Positions 31,894 through 32,000 of a DNA stretch of 32,000 nt are shown here, in pieces (position 1 is the stretch's first letter; every line of letters begins with the position of its first letter). The position numbers were made by a program, and so were the translations under genes. Source of the DNA: Erysipelotrichaceae bacterium MTC7 (GTDB lineage: Bacteria > Bacillota_I > Bacilli_A > Erysipelotrichales > Erysipelotrichaceae). Under the pieces are notes generated by a model. That model saw only the letters and a program-made list of their open reading frames with translations, was not told the DNA's origin and did no database searches. The stretch spans positions 195,922-227,921 of the forward strand of contig LVZN01000012.1 in assembly GCA_001695645.1 (NCBI GenBank). The letters run 5' to 3'.

Positions 31894-32000
31894 ATGTATA
31901 AGATTGTTGAAAAAGAAAGATTGAATCCAACAGTTACGAAAATGGTCATTGAAGCACCAGCGATTGCGAAAAAAGCAAAAGCTGGACAATTTGTCATTTT
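31894..32000 (+). CDS. PyrK-like FAD/NAD(P)-binding protein (sulfide/dihydroorotate dehydrogenase-like, ferredoxin-NADP reductase small subunit type), N-terminal 35 codons; runs off the window
   Basis: My own translation from the ATG at 31894 gives MYKIVEKERLNPTVTKMVIEAPAIAKKAKAGQFVI, a typical N-terminus for this family. GGGG RBS-like at 31885-31888. Confidence 0.6.
   Translation, partial: MYKIVEKERLNPTVTKMVIEAPAIAKKAKAGQFVI

Overview
This is a low-GC Bacillota-type chromosomal segment. The lineage is not determinable from sequence alone, but the regulatory grammar (cre, RAT/LicT, sufCDSUB) is Firmicute-like. It is mostly densely packed housekeeping and sugar-utilisation genes.

Gene content, left to right:
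- The 3' end of an M20 amidohydrolase, then a CpsB/YwqE-type PHP tyrosine phosphatase.
- A minus-strand PrsA-like / lipoprotein / HIT operon.
- A complete sufC-sufD-sufS-sufU-sufB operon, followed by 5-formyl-THF cyclo-ligase.
- A short A24 peptidase and a HAD-IIA phosphatase.
- A beta-glucoside locus: cre + promoter + RAT/terminator, licT, a second RAT, a PTS EIIBCA, then three phospho-beta-glucosidases (GH1, GH4, GH1).
- An intergenic structured RNA candidate and a NUDIX hydrolase.
- A MerR-Maa operon divergent from a NagB-like gene.
- A TIGR01212-type radical SAM gene, a DUF45 metallopeptidase and a split chromate-transporter pair.
- An inserted two-gene cassette, then a PHP phosphoesterase.
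- serC-serA, a LysR regulator, and the start of a PyrK-like FAD/NAD-binding protein.

The most interesting feature is a 3.2-kb cassette at 24143-27387, which looks AT-rich by eye. It sits exactly inside the loop of the terminator shared by the convergent chrA and PHP genes and is bounded by a perfect 28-bp direct repeat. It carries a DUF262/DUF1524 (GmrSD-like) nuclease plus an unrecognised acidic 140-aa protein, and no recombinase.

Other points worth checking:
- Two near-identical MerR-type promoters with 19-bp spacers, 6.8 kb apart, which link a GH1 gene to the MerR/NagB-like locus.
- A terminator-ended RNA upstream of the NUDIX gene with two CCCC-containing unpaired segments.
- An orphan promoter-to-terminator unit and a phased half-site array upstream of serC.
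- A second RAT that lacks a canonical terminator.

No rRNA, tRNA, CRISPR array or transposase was seen.
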